From positions 1-64,000 of the forward strand of contig JAUCBJ010005435.1 of assembly GCA_032718475.1 (NCBI GenBank): a stretch of DNA of 64,000 nt, in the 5' to 3' direction. The DNA is from Nemertoderma westbladi (Eukaryota; Animalia; Xenacoelomorpha). The notes under the pieces are model-generated. The model did not search any database. It saw nothing but the letters and a program-made list of their open reading frames with translations, and was not told the DNA's origin. Numbering within the stretch: position 1 is the stretch's first letter; each line of letters starts with the position of its first letter. Shown in pieces: positions 1-13,729 of this stretch. A program made the position numbers and the translations under genes.

Positions 1-377
1 ACTGTACATTTTGTAATTATTAGTGTTTGCAAGGCATAGGGGCCTACACCTAAAAGGAATTCAATATTTAATATTGGTTTATGTGGTTAAGCAACTCTAA
101 GTTACGTAATAAATATTCGAGAACACTAAATTACTTTAACATTGAGTAAAGTAATACCAGCAGAATGAGTAGAATAATTGGAATCGCAGTTACTATGGAA
201 ACAATATACCGTAGTAAAATGCTGCAGTTCAAGTTACGTAATAAATATTCGGGAATATTAAATTATTTAACGTTGCGTGTATAACTGTGATTTTTCTTGC
301 TCTAACATTGAGTAAAGGCAGAGTTCAAAAGTACAATAATTTGAGTCGCAGTAACTATGGAAGCAATGTAGTAATAA

Positions 378-582
378 CTATTTATATACTTGTGTGTAAA
401 GTAGCACGTATTAGTAGCAGTGTGATGATCCGAGTGGCTTTGTTACACGAACGGACGTTAGTGAGTGAGTGAGTGAAAATAAAGCCACGAGGATCAGAAC
501 ACTGTAAAGTACTTTGCAACAAGTATGTATGTAGTTTTATTCCAAAATTTTAACATTACGAAATGATTGCACATATACATTA
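378..582 (+). repeat. Dispersed hairpin repeat, second copy at about 57210-57398
   Basis: Near-identical 200-bp imperfect palindrome ATACTTGTGTGTAAAGTA..TACTTTGCAACAAGTAT. Confidence 0.85.
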
Positions 583-790
583 CACCATGTCCCAGAATAT
601 AGTGTCGTAATTCAGTGACACGCCCCACCCCCCCCCCCCCCCCCCCCCTAATTTTTCTACAAATCTTAATGAGATTGCATGAAATTTGAAACAGAGATAG
701 TTTCACTATTTCACTTTGCTTTCAAACTTTAGCTACAAGCGTTTAAAAAAGTGTCTCCAGCGATATTACACCAGTTACACCGCAGTTATT
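583..790 (+). mobile_element. Left end of a relative of the 20072-21742 foldback family
   Basis: TA|CACCATGTCCCAGAATATAGTGTCG..AAAAAAGTGTCTCC..CAGTTACACCGCAGTTATTC matches 20072-20303. Confidence 0.75.
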
Positions 791-1309
791 CTTCTCTACC
801 CTTTATTAACCTCGCTGGTAAAAATAAAATACGTAGAGAGTAATGAAAAAAGTTATACTTTTTTTCTTCCCATGTAATAATAACTACTGTATATATGTCA
901 TTGTTAGTCATAGTAAAGGAGCAGGATACAGTGGTAGCCAGAAGGAACCCAAACAATAAACGATTTGAAAAAAATAAAGTGATTTGGCCGTTTTGTAGGA
1001 CTGGTTTGGAGGAACAAAAATAAACATGAAAAAAATTATTATAATTTTCCCTAAATATTTCTTTTTTTGATTTACCGGTACCTGAAATTTCCATTTTGTT
1101 TTCAGGTGAATATTGTGGTACAGCATGTAATTTAAACCCTCAAGATGCTGTAGCTAGTAAATTCCGGCTGCCTGGCTGCATGGCCTTCAGTTTAGGAAGC
1201 CTTGAACTACTGTAGGCCTAACTATAACGAGCTATAATAAAATTTCCTTAAAAATAACATATTTTGCCTATTGGGATTTATTTCCCTAGTAGGGAATTCA
1301 ATCAAACAG

Positions 1310-1918
1310 TTAAACACGTTAGCGGTGCCTTCGCGCAGCATGAGAGCCTATATTAGAAAGTAATGTATCTAATAGATATACGAAAACCTTCTTTCCCAAA
1401 ATATATATGAGTGATGGCGATGCTACAAGTTTGTGATCAACTAGTTGTAAAAACAGAGGTCCATTTCAGCTTTCCTTACACGCTTTAACTGTGATTTGTT
1501 AACCTACTAACTAGGGCTATTTAAGTGAATTATGACATTTTTAGTTTTACAATACTCTTCTTCTTCATTAAGCCTCGTTACGTTCGTCCTGTTTTGTATA
1601 AAAATAATTTTTCTAAACGGAGACTAACGAACTTTATAAGAATGCCTCGAAACTGTCTCGAAACGGAGAGTAACTGCTGATTTATGGCAGATGGACTGTA
1701 AACTCGTTGCGTTCGTTCGTTTTTACCAAACTTCCGATTCTTTCTAAACTTTTGACGGACTACATACGTACCAAGTTTCGTTTAATTTCATCAAGGAATG
1801 ACTGAGTTATTAGCGTTCAAAAATTTACAACGACGACGACAGACAACGACGACGACAGACAACTTGTTAATGGCACCCATATGCTAAGGCTTCGCTCACT
1901 TCGTGGCTCACCCCATAA
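1310..1918 (+). mobile_element. Helitron/Helentron-like non-autonomous element
   Basis: 5' motif ACACGTT..GCCTTCGCGCAGCATGA (also at 2237 and inverted at 60503-60530), GACGACAGAC microsatellite, 3' terminal motif; similar short copy at about 27813-28080. Confidence 0.5.
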
Positions 1919-2387
1919 TTTGTTTATTATTTTTAATCCATAGGTCTACCTCTGTACCTGCTACTGCATATTACCAATAATTGGGGTGTGGTTTCAGCCT
2001 ATTACCTAAATAGGTATCAGCCTATTTTAACATATTAACTTAATTTCGCGAATATTTAATTTCGATATTCACCATTTAAGGTACCTTTTAAAGGAAAGTA
2101 GCAGGTTATAACAGCAGGCTTTTCTAACCAAAACAAAATAAGCTAAATATAGTTTTAATGTAGGCCTACATTTCTGCATTTCCGTATTTTCATAATCAGC
2201 TATGCAGATGCACTATGCAGCTAGGCATACAGTAATACACGTTCGTGGGGCCTTCGCGCAGCATGAAGTGAGCAAAGCCTTTAGCCAATACTGTAATAAC
2301 CCGTCTGCCCGATACAGGTTGTTAGTTCTTATGGTAAGACGGTCAGACGGTATCGATTCTCAGTCTGCTGCGGGCTGCGGCAGTTAT

Positions 2388-2505
2388 GGTGCGTTAGGTC
2401 CTGGCGATTTAGGTCCTGGTAACGTTAGGTCCGTGGTATTAGGTCCTGGTAGCATTAGATCCGTGGCGTTAGGTCCTGGTAGCGTTAGGGCCGTGCCATT
2501 AGGTC
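2388..2505 (+). repeat. Short tandem repeat with TTAGGTCC core (15-16 bp units)
   Basis: CGTTAGGTCCTGGTAG-like units, about 8 copies. Confidence 0.8.
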
Positions 2506-3105
2506 AGAATGTGCCTATAATAATGTAATGTCTGATAATATTGCAGCCTGGCAAATCACAAACCAAATCACAAAAAGTAATCCCAAAACCAAATCACACC
2601 AAACCAAATCAGTAAATCACACAGAACAGCCGAAAGGTCCAACGAATCTGTACAAAAAAAATACAAAATAGTACAGTAGTAGGCCTACAATATACAGTAC
2701 ACTGTAGCTCTGTCAGTCTGTGGTGCCTCATGCATCATGCTGTCATTGGCAGATTGGTCATGCACGGCTGAGTGCATTTTATTGCACTATGTAATGTAGT
2801 CGATAAATAATACAGAAATATGTGGGTTTTGGACTTTCGGAGGCCCGGGCCCGGCCCGAGCCCGAGGCATGTAGTACTGTACTGTGACTGTCAGACTGTG
2901 GACTGTCTGACTGTAGTGCAGTACAGCAGTAGTGGGAGTAGCAGTACAGCAATAGCCAGTAGGCCTAGGTCTACTAGCATTCCAATTTTGTACTACCGGT
3001 ACCCGTATGTTCTGTTCATTAAGTTTAGACTTCAGATAACCGCATAGCATAGGCTGATAGGTGATAGGCTAATAATAACTCATGTAAAATGTAAAATTAT
3101 TGAGA

Positions 3106-3222
3106 ATGCTGAATTTTTTGAGAGGTTTTAAGGAGTCCCTCTCGAATTCTAGAGAGGGAGACCCTAGTGATTACAGTGAAGACGATTCAACAGCTTACAG
3201 AAATGACCAGAATCCCAAAGTG
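3106..3222 (+). CDS. Candidate alternative first coding exon A (MLNFLRGFKESLSNSREGDPSDYSEDDSTAYRNDQNPKV)
   Basis: ATG at 3106, 39 open codons, GTG|GTAAGT donor at 3223, phase 0 matching the acceptor at 22133. Confidence 0.55.
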
Positions 3223-3319
3223 GTAAGTTCCAAAGCTTAGCGTTACAGTTTGCAGGTTTGTACAGACAGTGCAGTAGCAGTCATTTTCCTGCAATATAAT
3301 TTTATGTACAGGTACACTG

Positions 3320-4971
3320 GGGTATAACTTTTGCGTAGAGGTATAGCCTACATAGAGGCTACATGTAGGTATGTGTAGCCTACATGTAGATGCACGTGTA
3401 GGGTGAATGTAGGTAGGTGTAGGTAGGTCTTTAAAAACAACAATGATGAATGAATAGGCCTACACGGGGTACCCGGACCCGAACTTCCTCGATGAGATGC
3501 GAATGCGGCGAACGGGGGTGGTACCCGGAACAACCACGAAGAGATGCGCATATGGCGGGCGGTGGTACCCGAAACAACCAGGAGGAGATGCGAATACGTC
3601 GAATGGGGGTCCCCTGAATACCCACGAGACGGAGCCTATCAATTCTACAGTACTGACAAAGGAAAAAACGACTGAACGATATACCGATACATACTGTAGA
3701 TCTTATGATCCTGCGGGTTCAGGCATGGAGGCTAATGACTTTGTATGGGCCGAACGGCCCGAACCTGATGTTTCCAGTCAAGGAGGAATCGACTAACGGT
3801 TAGGGTTAGAGCTCGTCGTCGGTGTCCATGAGGGTCTGAGGATGAGTGGGTAATTCAACAAAACGCTAACAATGATACCGGACTGACTGATTGAACCAGA
3901 GTGGCGATGGTAGTCGCTGATGTATATATATTATATATATCATGTATTGATTGTTAGTAGATATTTTTTTATAGTATTTGTTTATTAAATTGTCTTCAAT
4001 GTCTATATTGATAATATTGTGTGCTGTGCTGATTTTACTTATTTTTCATTTTATAAATCTTGCTGTGGCCGTTTTAATCTACTAAACTGCCGTATCAATT
4101 TCATGATATTTTAATGGATATGCAATTTAACTTCTTCTTTCTATTAACTTTCAATGCAATCAAATATAACTGTAAAGCTATTGACTTTCGTGTTATTGTT
4201 TTGCTGTTACTTCGAGATGGGATTTGAATCCCATCGGATTACTGATTAATTCCCATCATCGAGATGGGAATACTTTATAATGAAACAGTGTGGTGGTCCG
4301 CGGGATAGTGGGAAGGGATGGGACTGTTGCTGGTTGGTGGAATGTGACTGCCTGAAAAATTAAAACAAACAAAACTTCCAGACTTCTATATTTTTACTTT
4401 CAAAACAAAACGTCCAAAACATTTCAATGCTGAAGTACTGTTCAAGTCCCATGGATGTATGGTTGATAAACAGATAAAGAGGGGCAGAGGGGGGTCAGGG
4501 TTTCTGGTAGACTATAGTCCCCGCGATGATGGCTGTTCTTGTTTAGGTTACTCTTACTTAATAAACATATAAATCAGAACGAGTTAATCTAATGGAACGA
4601 TGCCTTTCGTGGCGTTAGCATACTCAAATTTATTAGGGCATAATATTTATGACGAGTAAGGGACTTTAGTATAATCAGAACGCGATGTTTGATATTTATA
4701 CAGTACTGCAGTATGCAGTAAAACCTGTTGTCTGACAGCAGACAGGTCTGCAGGTTGATGTACCGTATTGTACCGTGGAGATCAGAGATTATTGCCATAC
4801 ATCCTGATTGACGACCGTGTATCACGTTACTGCAAGTTGACACATAAATTACATTAATATCTATGGGACTACACCTACCTACATTCACCCTACACGTGCA
4901 TCTACATGTAGGCTACACATACCTACATGAAGCCTCTATGTAGGCTATACCTCTACGCAAAAGATGTACCC
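3320..4971. mobile_element. Non-autonomous Mutator-like (MULE) DNA transposon
   Basis: About 100-bp TIRs (GGGTATAACTTTTGCGTAGAGG.. / ..CCTCTACGCAAAAGATGTACCC) and a perfect 9-bp TSD GGTACACTG at 3311-3319 and 4972-4980. Confidence 0.88.
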
Positions 4972-5033
4972 GGTACACTGCAGTGCAGCACTGGCAAACT
5001 GCTGGTGGTACAGGCAGACTGGCACAATCAAAT

Positions 5034-7061
5034 GGGGTGTGGGTTGATTCGCCCCAAGTCTATTCGCCCCAAGCAGCCAAGTCTATTCGCCCCACATTTT
5101 AGGCAGTTAGGGGCATATCTGCATAGGACTTGGGGCGAATCAACTTTTACTGTGAACCAGTTCGCCCCTTCCTAATCCATTCGCCCCAGACAGCCAGATG
5201 ATTTTATTTAATGTTTCGCTGTATTCTTCCAGGTGCAATGATATTAGAAAGCGCAGAAATTCCAGATTATGATCAAAGGTTGTACAGTTGTAGGCCTAAT
5301 CAATCTGTTTCATAGTTAAGATCATGCAAGGCTAATCTAAGTGTAAAAAAGGTGTCTACAGCCACATTAAAAACAATTCAATTAAAATATTTTAGAATGG
5401 TAAATATTGTAGGTAATTATTTTCACTGTACTCGAACTCGAGATATTTTATTTACCGAGCATTGCGACATGCGAGGTTAATAAGGAATCTGGAGAGCATA
5501 GAACATAATTTTATTTTTAAAGTAAACATTATTTTCACAACCTTATTAATAGGCCCCTATAGGCCCTATTAGTTTTATTGACTGATTGAATCAATGGCAA
5601 GTTCCTTTCATAATGTTTTTAAAAACTAGGCAGAAATGTTCTAAAACATGTTTGTTTTTATAAAATAAGATGCTAGAATATATTATATTATATATTATTT
5701 TTATAATATTATATATAAGTTATAGGCCTAGTTCATATCCGTACCGTTGGTATTTTCGTATTGCAAAAATAAGACTATAAGTATGAAATACCCTATGTTA
5801 TTGAGATATTGTTTATTGTTTTGGTTAGAAAAGCCCACCACTGTAACCTGCTCCTTTCCGGTAATTAAGTAATGGAGATTAGTTTATTGTTTTGGTTAGA
5901 ACTTAGAAAACACCACCACTGTAACACCACCGGTACGCATATGAACGATAACCTATATATAATATATTATTAAAACGTTCTAGAACTACATGTCTAAAAA
6001 AATATCACGTGCTATCGAGGGTCAAAATATTGTTTGTAACAAGATTTCTACTGGAATGTATTGTGATAGGTCGACCAGGTCAAAAAAATATTACGTGCAA
6101 TCGAGGGTCAAAGCAAGGCCTGCAAAAACTTCAGGTTTTTCCATCAAAAATTAGGTTAAAGGTTTTTGTTAGGTTTTCGCAGGTTTTTGAATGTTTTTGC
6201 TAGGTTTTTGTAGTATTTATGTCTGTCTGTATTTAGTATTTGTATATTGATTGATTAGATTGACCTGAGCTTGATTGCTTCATCAGTTCATTCGTTATGC
6301 TGTTATGGCAGTATGGTCAGATGGTTAGATAAATTATATGGGGCCGCAATTATTGCTCAAGATTATACTTTATACGCACCAGTATAAGCCTACAATATAT
6401 TACAAAATAGATTGATTATGGTTTTAAAAAGGGATATTAGTCAGTCCAGCAATGAGGTTTTATTGTCGGCTTAGTTAGCCTACAGCCAGAACACTCACAC
6501 AGTAGGCTATAGCATTAGGCAATAACATGTATGCCTCTCTGTTTCTGTAGTCTGTCTGTTTTACGCGTGGAACCAAATTATTTTTGATCATTGGGCCTCC
6601 GCTTTGCAGGACATTGTTTTCGCCGTGAAGACCAGCCGGTTCACAATCTTGTGCTTTGGCAGCTCCATGGAGACAATAAGCATGGTGGACTGGACAGCCC
6701 ATGACTTTCGTGCGACGCCTCTTAAAAGGCACTGGCCTTGAAGACTGGAAGATGCGGATAGTCTCGCGAAAGGAATGGGGGGTAGGGATAGGGAGTTGTG
6801 GCGGTGCAACTTTGTTGACAAGCCGGCACAGCATTATTAATGCATGCTGCATTGGGCTTGCCAATTGTGGTGGTGATAAAATGTTTTTTATTAAGCCGGC
6901 ATAGCATCCCAATGTGCAGTTTCAATGCAACAGGCCGATTATAGATAATGGACTACGAAGGTATGGCAAATCGGTCAACTGTCCAAGTCGATTCGTCCAA
7001 AGTCCATATGCCCCTAAAATGTGGGCAAATCTAGGGAGGCAAGTCTAGGGAGGGGCGAATC
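5034..7061. mobile_element. Older Mutator-like element with TTCGCCCC-rich degenerate inverted ends
   Basis: GATTCGCCCC..CCCACATTTTAGG at the left mirrors CCTAAAATGTGGG..GGGGCGAATC at the right; CAATCAAAT at 5025-5033 and 7062-7070 is a candidate 9-bp TSD. Confidence 0.55.
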
Positions 7062-7670
7062 CAATCAAATAATAATAATTAATGTATATTTGCGGGCTAC
7101 CGTCACTACCCACTGCTGCACTTCGGTACCGCGTACCGGCATTGCCTGTGGGCCCTACCTGTCACCGGTACACATCAATTCACATTTTTCAACCATGGTG
7201 CAGTAATATTGTTTAGACAGTGACGTCCTCATTTTAAAATCTCGTTCGAACCTCGTTTATAAATTGTTTATTTTTACTCCTTTTTATGGTAGGAGAGAGG
7301 CAGAGAGGTGCAGCGACCCCCTATTTTATCCGGTGCCGAATTTAATGTAGATTTCAAATCTGTAACCATTTTTCTCATCTTTTCTCGAACTTGAGTTATT
7401 GGATAAAACGTAAGGGTTTGTCTATTTTTTGGCATGCCTTCGAGCAGCACGATTTTTTCACTTGAATAAGGTCATTTTCACCAAAAAGTATCCCAAGGTA
7501 AAGTTACAAATATAATTGCAAAATGGTTTATTTTATTTGTTATATTTTTGCTATGATTAAAAATTTCGTTGAATCTCATTCATTTTGATCAAGTTAGTAG
7601 GAGGGGGGGGGGGGGGGGGGGTCTAGTTCGCCGAATTTAAGACATTATGTTCAATAGACGATGTGTGTGT

Positions 7671-8482
7671 TAGGGTTCGACCGGAGCTATTTTTTTTGCC
7701 GGAGCCGGGTACCGGACCGGAGCAACCTAAAAGTGCCGGAGCCGGGGCCGGAGCCGGACCGGAGCAACATTGTTTGTTATTTAACCTTGACACTTGAATT
7801 TGCCGGGGGGGGGGGGGGGGGGGGGGGGCTCTTTACTGCTTTACATAATCAATTAACGGATATCTATCTGTCTATCTAGTACGGTAGTAATAGCATAGAT
7901 CTACAGACTGACAGACCTATACCTGTATAGGCCTACTGAGTACTGATATAATATAATCTATATTCTATATACGGTCATTCGGGTACTGCGACTGCCTGAC
8001 AGCTGGACAGCCTGGCCGATGTACTAGCTAACTGGCAGACTGGATTGGAATGGAACTAATTCTGTTACTGCAGTACTGGTAACAATTAAAGTTAGGTCTT
8101 GTAGTCTTGGGCAGTTGGGTAAGTGGAAGACTGTCAGTCGTCAGACTCATACAGTCATACTGTCATAGGCCTACAGCTGAGCTGTACAGCCTGACAGCGA
8201 AAGACAGTCAGACAACAGGACAATGCAACAGCAATAGGCAGATAGGCCTACAGCCTACCACCTACGGCCATACCGTAGGCCTAATACATTCGGCAGTACA
8301 GTCTGTGGTCTGCCAGTCAGCCAGTAGACATTGATAAGTTCGCAGACGGACGTCCGGTGTCTGGCTGTATGTTTGCCTTGCCTATCCATGTAGCTATGCA
8401 TCGTGCAGCACAAATACTTTTTGCCGGAGCTCCTGCACCTAATTTGACCGGAGCCGGACCGGAGCCGGACATGCCAAGTCCG

Positions 8483-8514
<32 letters not shown>

Positions 8515-8529
8515 TCCGGTCGAACCCTA
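7671..8529. mobile_element. Non-autonomous hAT-like element (MITE)
   Basis: 17-bp perfect TIR TAGGGTTCGACCGGAGC, 8-bp TSD GTGTGTGT on both sides, subterminal CCGGAG repeats. Confidence 0.9.
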
Positions 8530-9269
8530 GTGTGTGTGGTGCGTGTAAGCCAGGTAGTATAATAATTATGCTACTTCCACTAATATCATGATGTTTTTTA
8601 TATTGCTATCTAAATGCATATATCTTCCACTTGCTATGACAGTATGATGTACTATATGAAACATACCAATACGCTTGCGACTTCGCTGTTGAACCTTCAA
8701 CACATATGGTACCAAATAACTTACCCTTATTAATAACCCGTCATAATATAATCTGGTGGTCAATTTGGGCGGGGTGGAGGGGCGTTGGGCTGTTATAAAT
8801 GCCGTATATTTTGGGAGAAATGGGGGATCTTTATTAATAATAACTTAGTTAGCTATACGATGGATTGCGTACGGGAGACGTGTAGGGGCATTAGCCGGCA
8901 AGATCCAGCTGTGGGATCAATGAATATTTGATCTTTGCTACAGAAGCAGCCGATCAGTCTCTACGCACCCCAGTGTCGGCTTATGGATTATTGGGGTGCA
9001 GATTGCAAATGCAGACTACCTCACACTCAACTGAATGAGTCATCGGCACTTGTTTAGGACGTTGTGGTTGCCAACAAATGTTTGTTTTATGGAGTGTAAA
9101 TGCTGTGACATCCCGGTACATTAGTTTCCTATAAATCGTCACAATCTTAAACTACTAACTGAGTTCGAGTTGAGTGGCACCGCAGATTGATGCTTACTAC
9201 TACTAATAGGTCGAGCGAGTTCGGATAGGGGAAATTAGATCATTCAAGGCTTCCCGATTCCCATGGTTG

Positions 9270-9470
9270 TCTGATTTCCAGATGGTATCCTTTTTGGATG
9301 GAGCTACCTGATTTCTTAACTTCCATGTCTCTTCTGCTGCTATCTATCAATGACCCAAGGTACTGGAAGTTGTCCATTGAAGTCATATATTCGGATTTTG
9401 TAGCATTTATATGCAATCCGTCGTGTAACTAGCTGCGTGATACCTGCTGCTTCTACTTGTGATCCGAAGA
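9270..9470 (-). mobile_element. Decayed RTE-like LINE reverse transcriptase fragment
   Basis: Minus-strand translation GLHINATKSEYM..DNFQYLGSLIDSSRRDMEV. Confidence 0.7.
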
Positions 9471-10737
9471 AATGAAATGCGCAGGTTACAGTAGTCTAAG
9501 ACAATAAACCAAAGTCAAAACAACACGTACCGGTATCAGTTTTATTTTGGGGATTAATCAATTGTTATTTGCTTCGATTTCACTTGCTGGAGGTGGAATG
9601 AATTTTGATTGCGTAGAAACTCCCCCCCCCCCCCCCCCATCATATGGTTAGGTAATGTAGGCCGTAGAAAGACAGGGTGAAATGAAAACTCAGTTAAATT
9701 TTGATCGTGCTTTGCGAAGTCAGTGAAGTCTACTATACATACACAACACACAAATCTCGTCTCCCAAAATTTGACTTTGCAATTGCTGAGAGATTTACTT
9801 TTAACTATTTATACCGGTACCATACTGTCAGATGGACATGGACAAGGGCCATTTGTCCCTTACTAAAATGTTTTCTAAGGCTCTTCCCCTTCTGACACCG
9901 TGGCTTGCCCTCAATATAAGTTACTGATATGGATGCACCTAAGTCAGTTCCAATAACAAAAATATATACAAGATTATTTATAGTTAGTAATAGTTTTATA
10001 TGCCGCGTTATTTCGCTCCAATATACCTTAATTGTTATGATAGGAAAACAAAAAGGAAACGCCCATAAGGATCAATAACTTGTTTACGCCGAAACATTCT
10101 GTGCTCTGCCGGAACTGACTTCTCAAATAACTGTTTTTGAATATATTAATAATATATTACTTATGGGCTGCACGTCGTTGCGAACGTAAAGACAATTTAT
10201 AGTCTTAGATAATTTATTACATGTTACTATGGAAACTGGCATTTATATTCCCCTATTGGATATACAGGTTAATGCGCAGAGCATAGCATGCAGGCAGAGT
10301 GGGGCCCACTGAGGGCTGAAACAAACTTTCCATTTCCAACTTGACAAAGTTGCCTGTTATTGGTTGTTACAGATCCCTTGAATCTGGGGGAATACTTGTA
10401 TTATTGAGACGCCTGGTTTCTACTTGATCTTCTTGTTATTGGTCAGTTCGGATCGCGTTATCCCTTTGTCTACAGCGGAATATTTATCTTCTGGGGTGCA
10501 TTGTGTTTAGTGTCTGATCTCCAGTGTTGTTAGCTAACATACTACTTAACTTTATTGACTACCGGTATATAGGATATTTACCGTCTTGTTTGCATCCAAA
10601 TGTTGTTTAATGGTTTAGAAATCGTACAAAATGTTTTGTTACAAAATGGACTGCATATCCGATTACATACTGTTACCCTATACAACCCCTAAATATGTTT
10701 TATATTAGTATTTAGTATTGTGTTTTGTGATTGAGTC

Positions 10738-11030
10738 AGTGGAATGGAATGGAATGGGGCCCCAATACCGGCCGCACTCAATTCTATTTAGTCCTTACAA
10801 GTAGTAAGGCCTCCCACTGCCTAATTAACAGAATGATAGCCTCGGCTTGTTTGCCACAGTTCGCAGACCTGTACCTCGTAACTGATTCACCCCATTACTT
10901 ATTATTATTACTCGGTCACACCCCACTGGGTACTGTTTATAGGTTGATAATGGGGCCGGTCTCATGTGAATTCTGGTTACTAATTGTTGGAGGGAACCCA
11001 TACCTAGAGAGTAGGTGACCGACTGGACGG
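10738..11030 (-). mobile_element. Probable SINE
   Basis: (CCATT)n tail on the minus strand and weak A/B-box-like head GTCCAGTCGGT..GGGTTC. Confidence 0.4.
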
Positions 11031-11744
11031 TGGTGTTATGATATATAATTGGGACACCGGAAGCAATTATTTGCCAAATTTGATATGTTTTTATTTTTAC
11101 TTTATATCTCATATATATGTGAATGAATGAGATTTGCTGATGGGATGATCATTGTACATCCTGTTTCATGGTAATATTATCTTGAGTTGGTGGCGGCCAA
11201 TACTGTCAGTTGTGGGGAGAGCCAGGAAGGTTAGCTTTTGCGTAGCGGTATAATTAAAGGTCCGTTTGATCCTGACGTCGTCGTTGTAAAGTGTTGAACG
11301 CCAATAGTGCCCATATGACGAATTCCATGTATAATTATATTCACTTTTCGGTCGCAATTTAATTGGAATTTTATATATAAAGAATTTGTATTTTTGGCTC
11401 ATGTGAAGTTTCCTAGCTTTCCATTTCCTCATAGACAATCATTAGCAAACATTAGAGATTCTGCGTACTTTCCCGTCCTGCCCAGGAAACTTCACATTGG
11501 GGGGGGGGGGGGGGGGGGGGGGGTCATTTTTTTACGAGTTCATTTTGCTAAGTAACGATATTTGTTGTCTGCGAGAATGTTGCTTAGGGGATTTTGGGTG
11601 GGAGGAAGAAAGGAAGGATGGGGAAAGATGGAAGGAAGAAAATGAAATGGAATGGAATAATATATAAATATTACTATTAATAATATTTTTAATAATACAT
11701 TAATAGTATTTGTAATATTTAGGGTTAGTTAAGGTGTGGCAAGA

Positions 11745-12470
11745 GTTAGTTTTTGGTTAGAAAACCCCGCCACTGAAACCTGTTCCGTTCTAGGATTTTA
11801 AAATTTCTGTATCGCCACTGTTTCTTCAGTATTTTATGTGTTGTTTTTGTTGTTTATTTTCTGTATCAGCCATGTAACTAGTTTTATAGAGTATCGCTTA
11901 TTGTTTTTTTGGTTGAAAATACCGCTACTGTAACCTGTTCCTTTCCCATGATTGGAATACACTTTGTATCGCATATTACTCATACATTACTTAGTATCGT
12001 TTATTAACTAATTTTATTGAGTATGGTTTATTGTTTTGGTTAGAATACTCCACCACAGTAAACTTATCCTTTCCCATTATTGGTGTATTTTATGTATTTA
12101 TTGTTTTGGTTAGAATACACTGGCACTGTAACATGTTCCTTCCCCATTATTGGAGTATTATCTTTATTCACCACGACCATATAACTAGTTTTATTGAGTA
12201 TCGTTTTTTGTTTTGGTAGAAAATCCATAACCTGCTTCTTTGGTATATGCATAAGGTATTGGTTATATCATTTGTGTACTTTTTTATCGCCTCTGCAACT
12301 CATTTTCTTCATTATCATTTGCTGTTTTGGTTAGAAAACACCACCAATGTAACCTGTTCCTTTCCCATGATTGGAATACACTTTGTATCGCATAATTGTC
12401 ATCCGTTACTTAGTATCGTTTATTGTTCTGGTTAGAAACCACCGCCACTGAAACCTGTTCCTTTCCCATT
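11745..12470 (+). repeat. Degenerate tandem of a dispersed module TTTTGGTTAGAAAACACCACCACTGTAACCTGTTCCTTTCCC
   Basis: About 7 copies here; related copies near 5815-5925 (+), 2090-2140 (-) and 17960-18005 (-). Confidence 0.75.
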
Positions 12471-13729
12471 ACTGTATAGTATATTATATTATTACATTGC
12501 TTCTTTCCTTCCACCCAATCCAACCTTCATTCTTTGTCACTGAGGGTGGCGGGAAATGCCCTGAATAACACACATGGGCCGTATTTTTTTTCTCCTTATT
12601 AAGAGTTTTATTGCGCTTATTTTCTTCCATCTTATAACCTGTACAGATACTAAATAGTTTATTGTTTATGGTTAGATTCAACCCTTATGTGTCCTGGGAT
12701 ATTGGTCAAAACCTGGTATTCTTCACATGGGGGAACGGTGGTAAACTGCAAAGTGAAATCTAACAGCAGAAAGTCCAGTATACAATACAGGGCCCTAATA
12801 AGTCTGACAATCATCACGTGTAGTCCACCAAATGTTTAGAAATTCTACACACAAACAGACTTCTATGGTTCCTCTGTTGGCCGCTAAAGGGGTTTACCAG
12901 GTTCACTAATTATACTGCTACGCAAACGCTCATCATTTACCAAGAATTTCACTTGTTCTGTTAGGAATCAAATAGATTCTTCGCCGCATTCGGTTATGGG
13001 AAGGATAGAAAGAAAGACAAGTAGTAATAATAGGCTCAGGAACAGAACCCATCCAAACACTGAGCGCGTATTGGAAATGGGAAACCATTTTTATGAGATG
13101 AGAAATCTGAGTTTTCGTTAATATAAATAGTTTTCTTTATCCTTGAGTTCAACCTCTAACAGAAACGGTGTGTCTTGCATGATCCCATTAACACACCCAT
13201 TGTACTGCCTGGTACTTCGTTAGAAGAATTACCCTTTGATACTTAACACCTCGTCAATAATCCATATTCGCGACATGGGTGGTACACTATTTTTACTTTA
13301 CAGGAGGACACTAAACTACCAAACCACTATTTAAATACACATCGTTGAATTCGCTTTGTATGAAACTAATCCGGATATTTCGGGGAATACTGTCTGTCTG
13401 TGAATCTGTTTTGTGCGCGTGGGTGTAGTGTTACACCCTGTAGAAAATAGCATACCGGACCGGTACAGTAGTGTATAGGGTACATAGCATTTTAAAGTTA
13501 ATTTTTATGTTAATTATCAATTGGGGGAAATTGATATGTTACACAGTGGTAGGTTATTGTAACCAATACGATTTTTGTACTTGGCGGCGTAGTTTTTACA
13601 CCCGGTGAGTGCTTTACACTGGTTGCGGAATGGTAGACAGGAGTGGGTATGAATGGTGGACACTGGGTGAGGTCTATTGGTCTACTGGTCCGGTGTGGGA
13701 GACAATGAGTGTGGAGTAACGAGTGTTAT

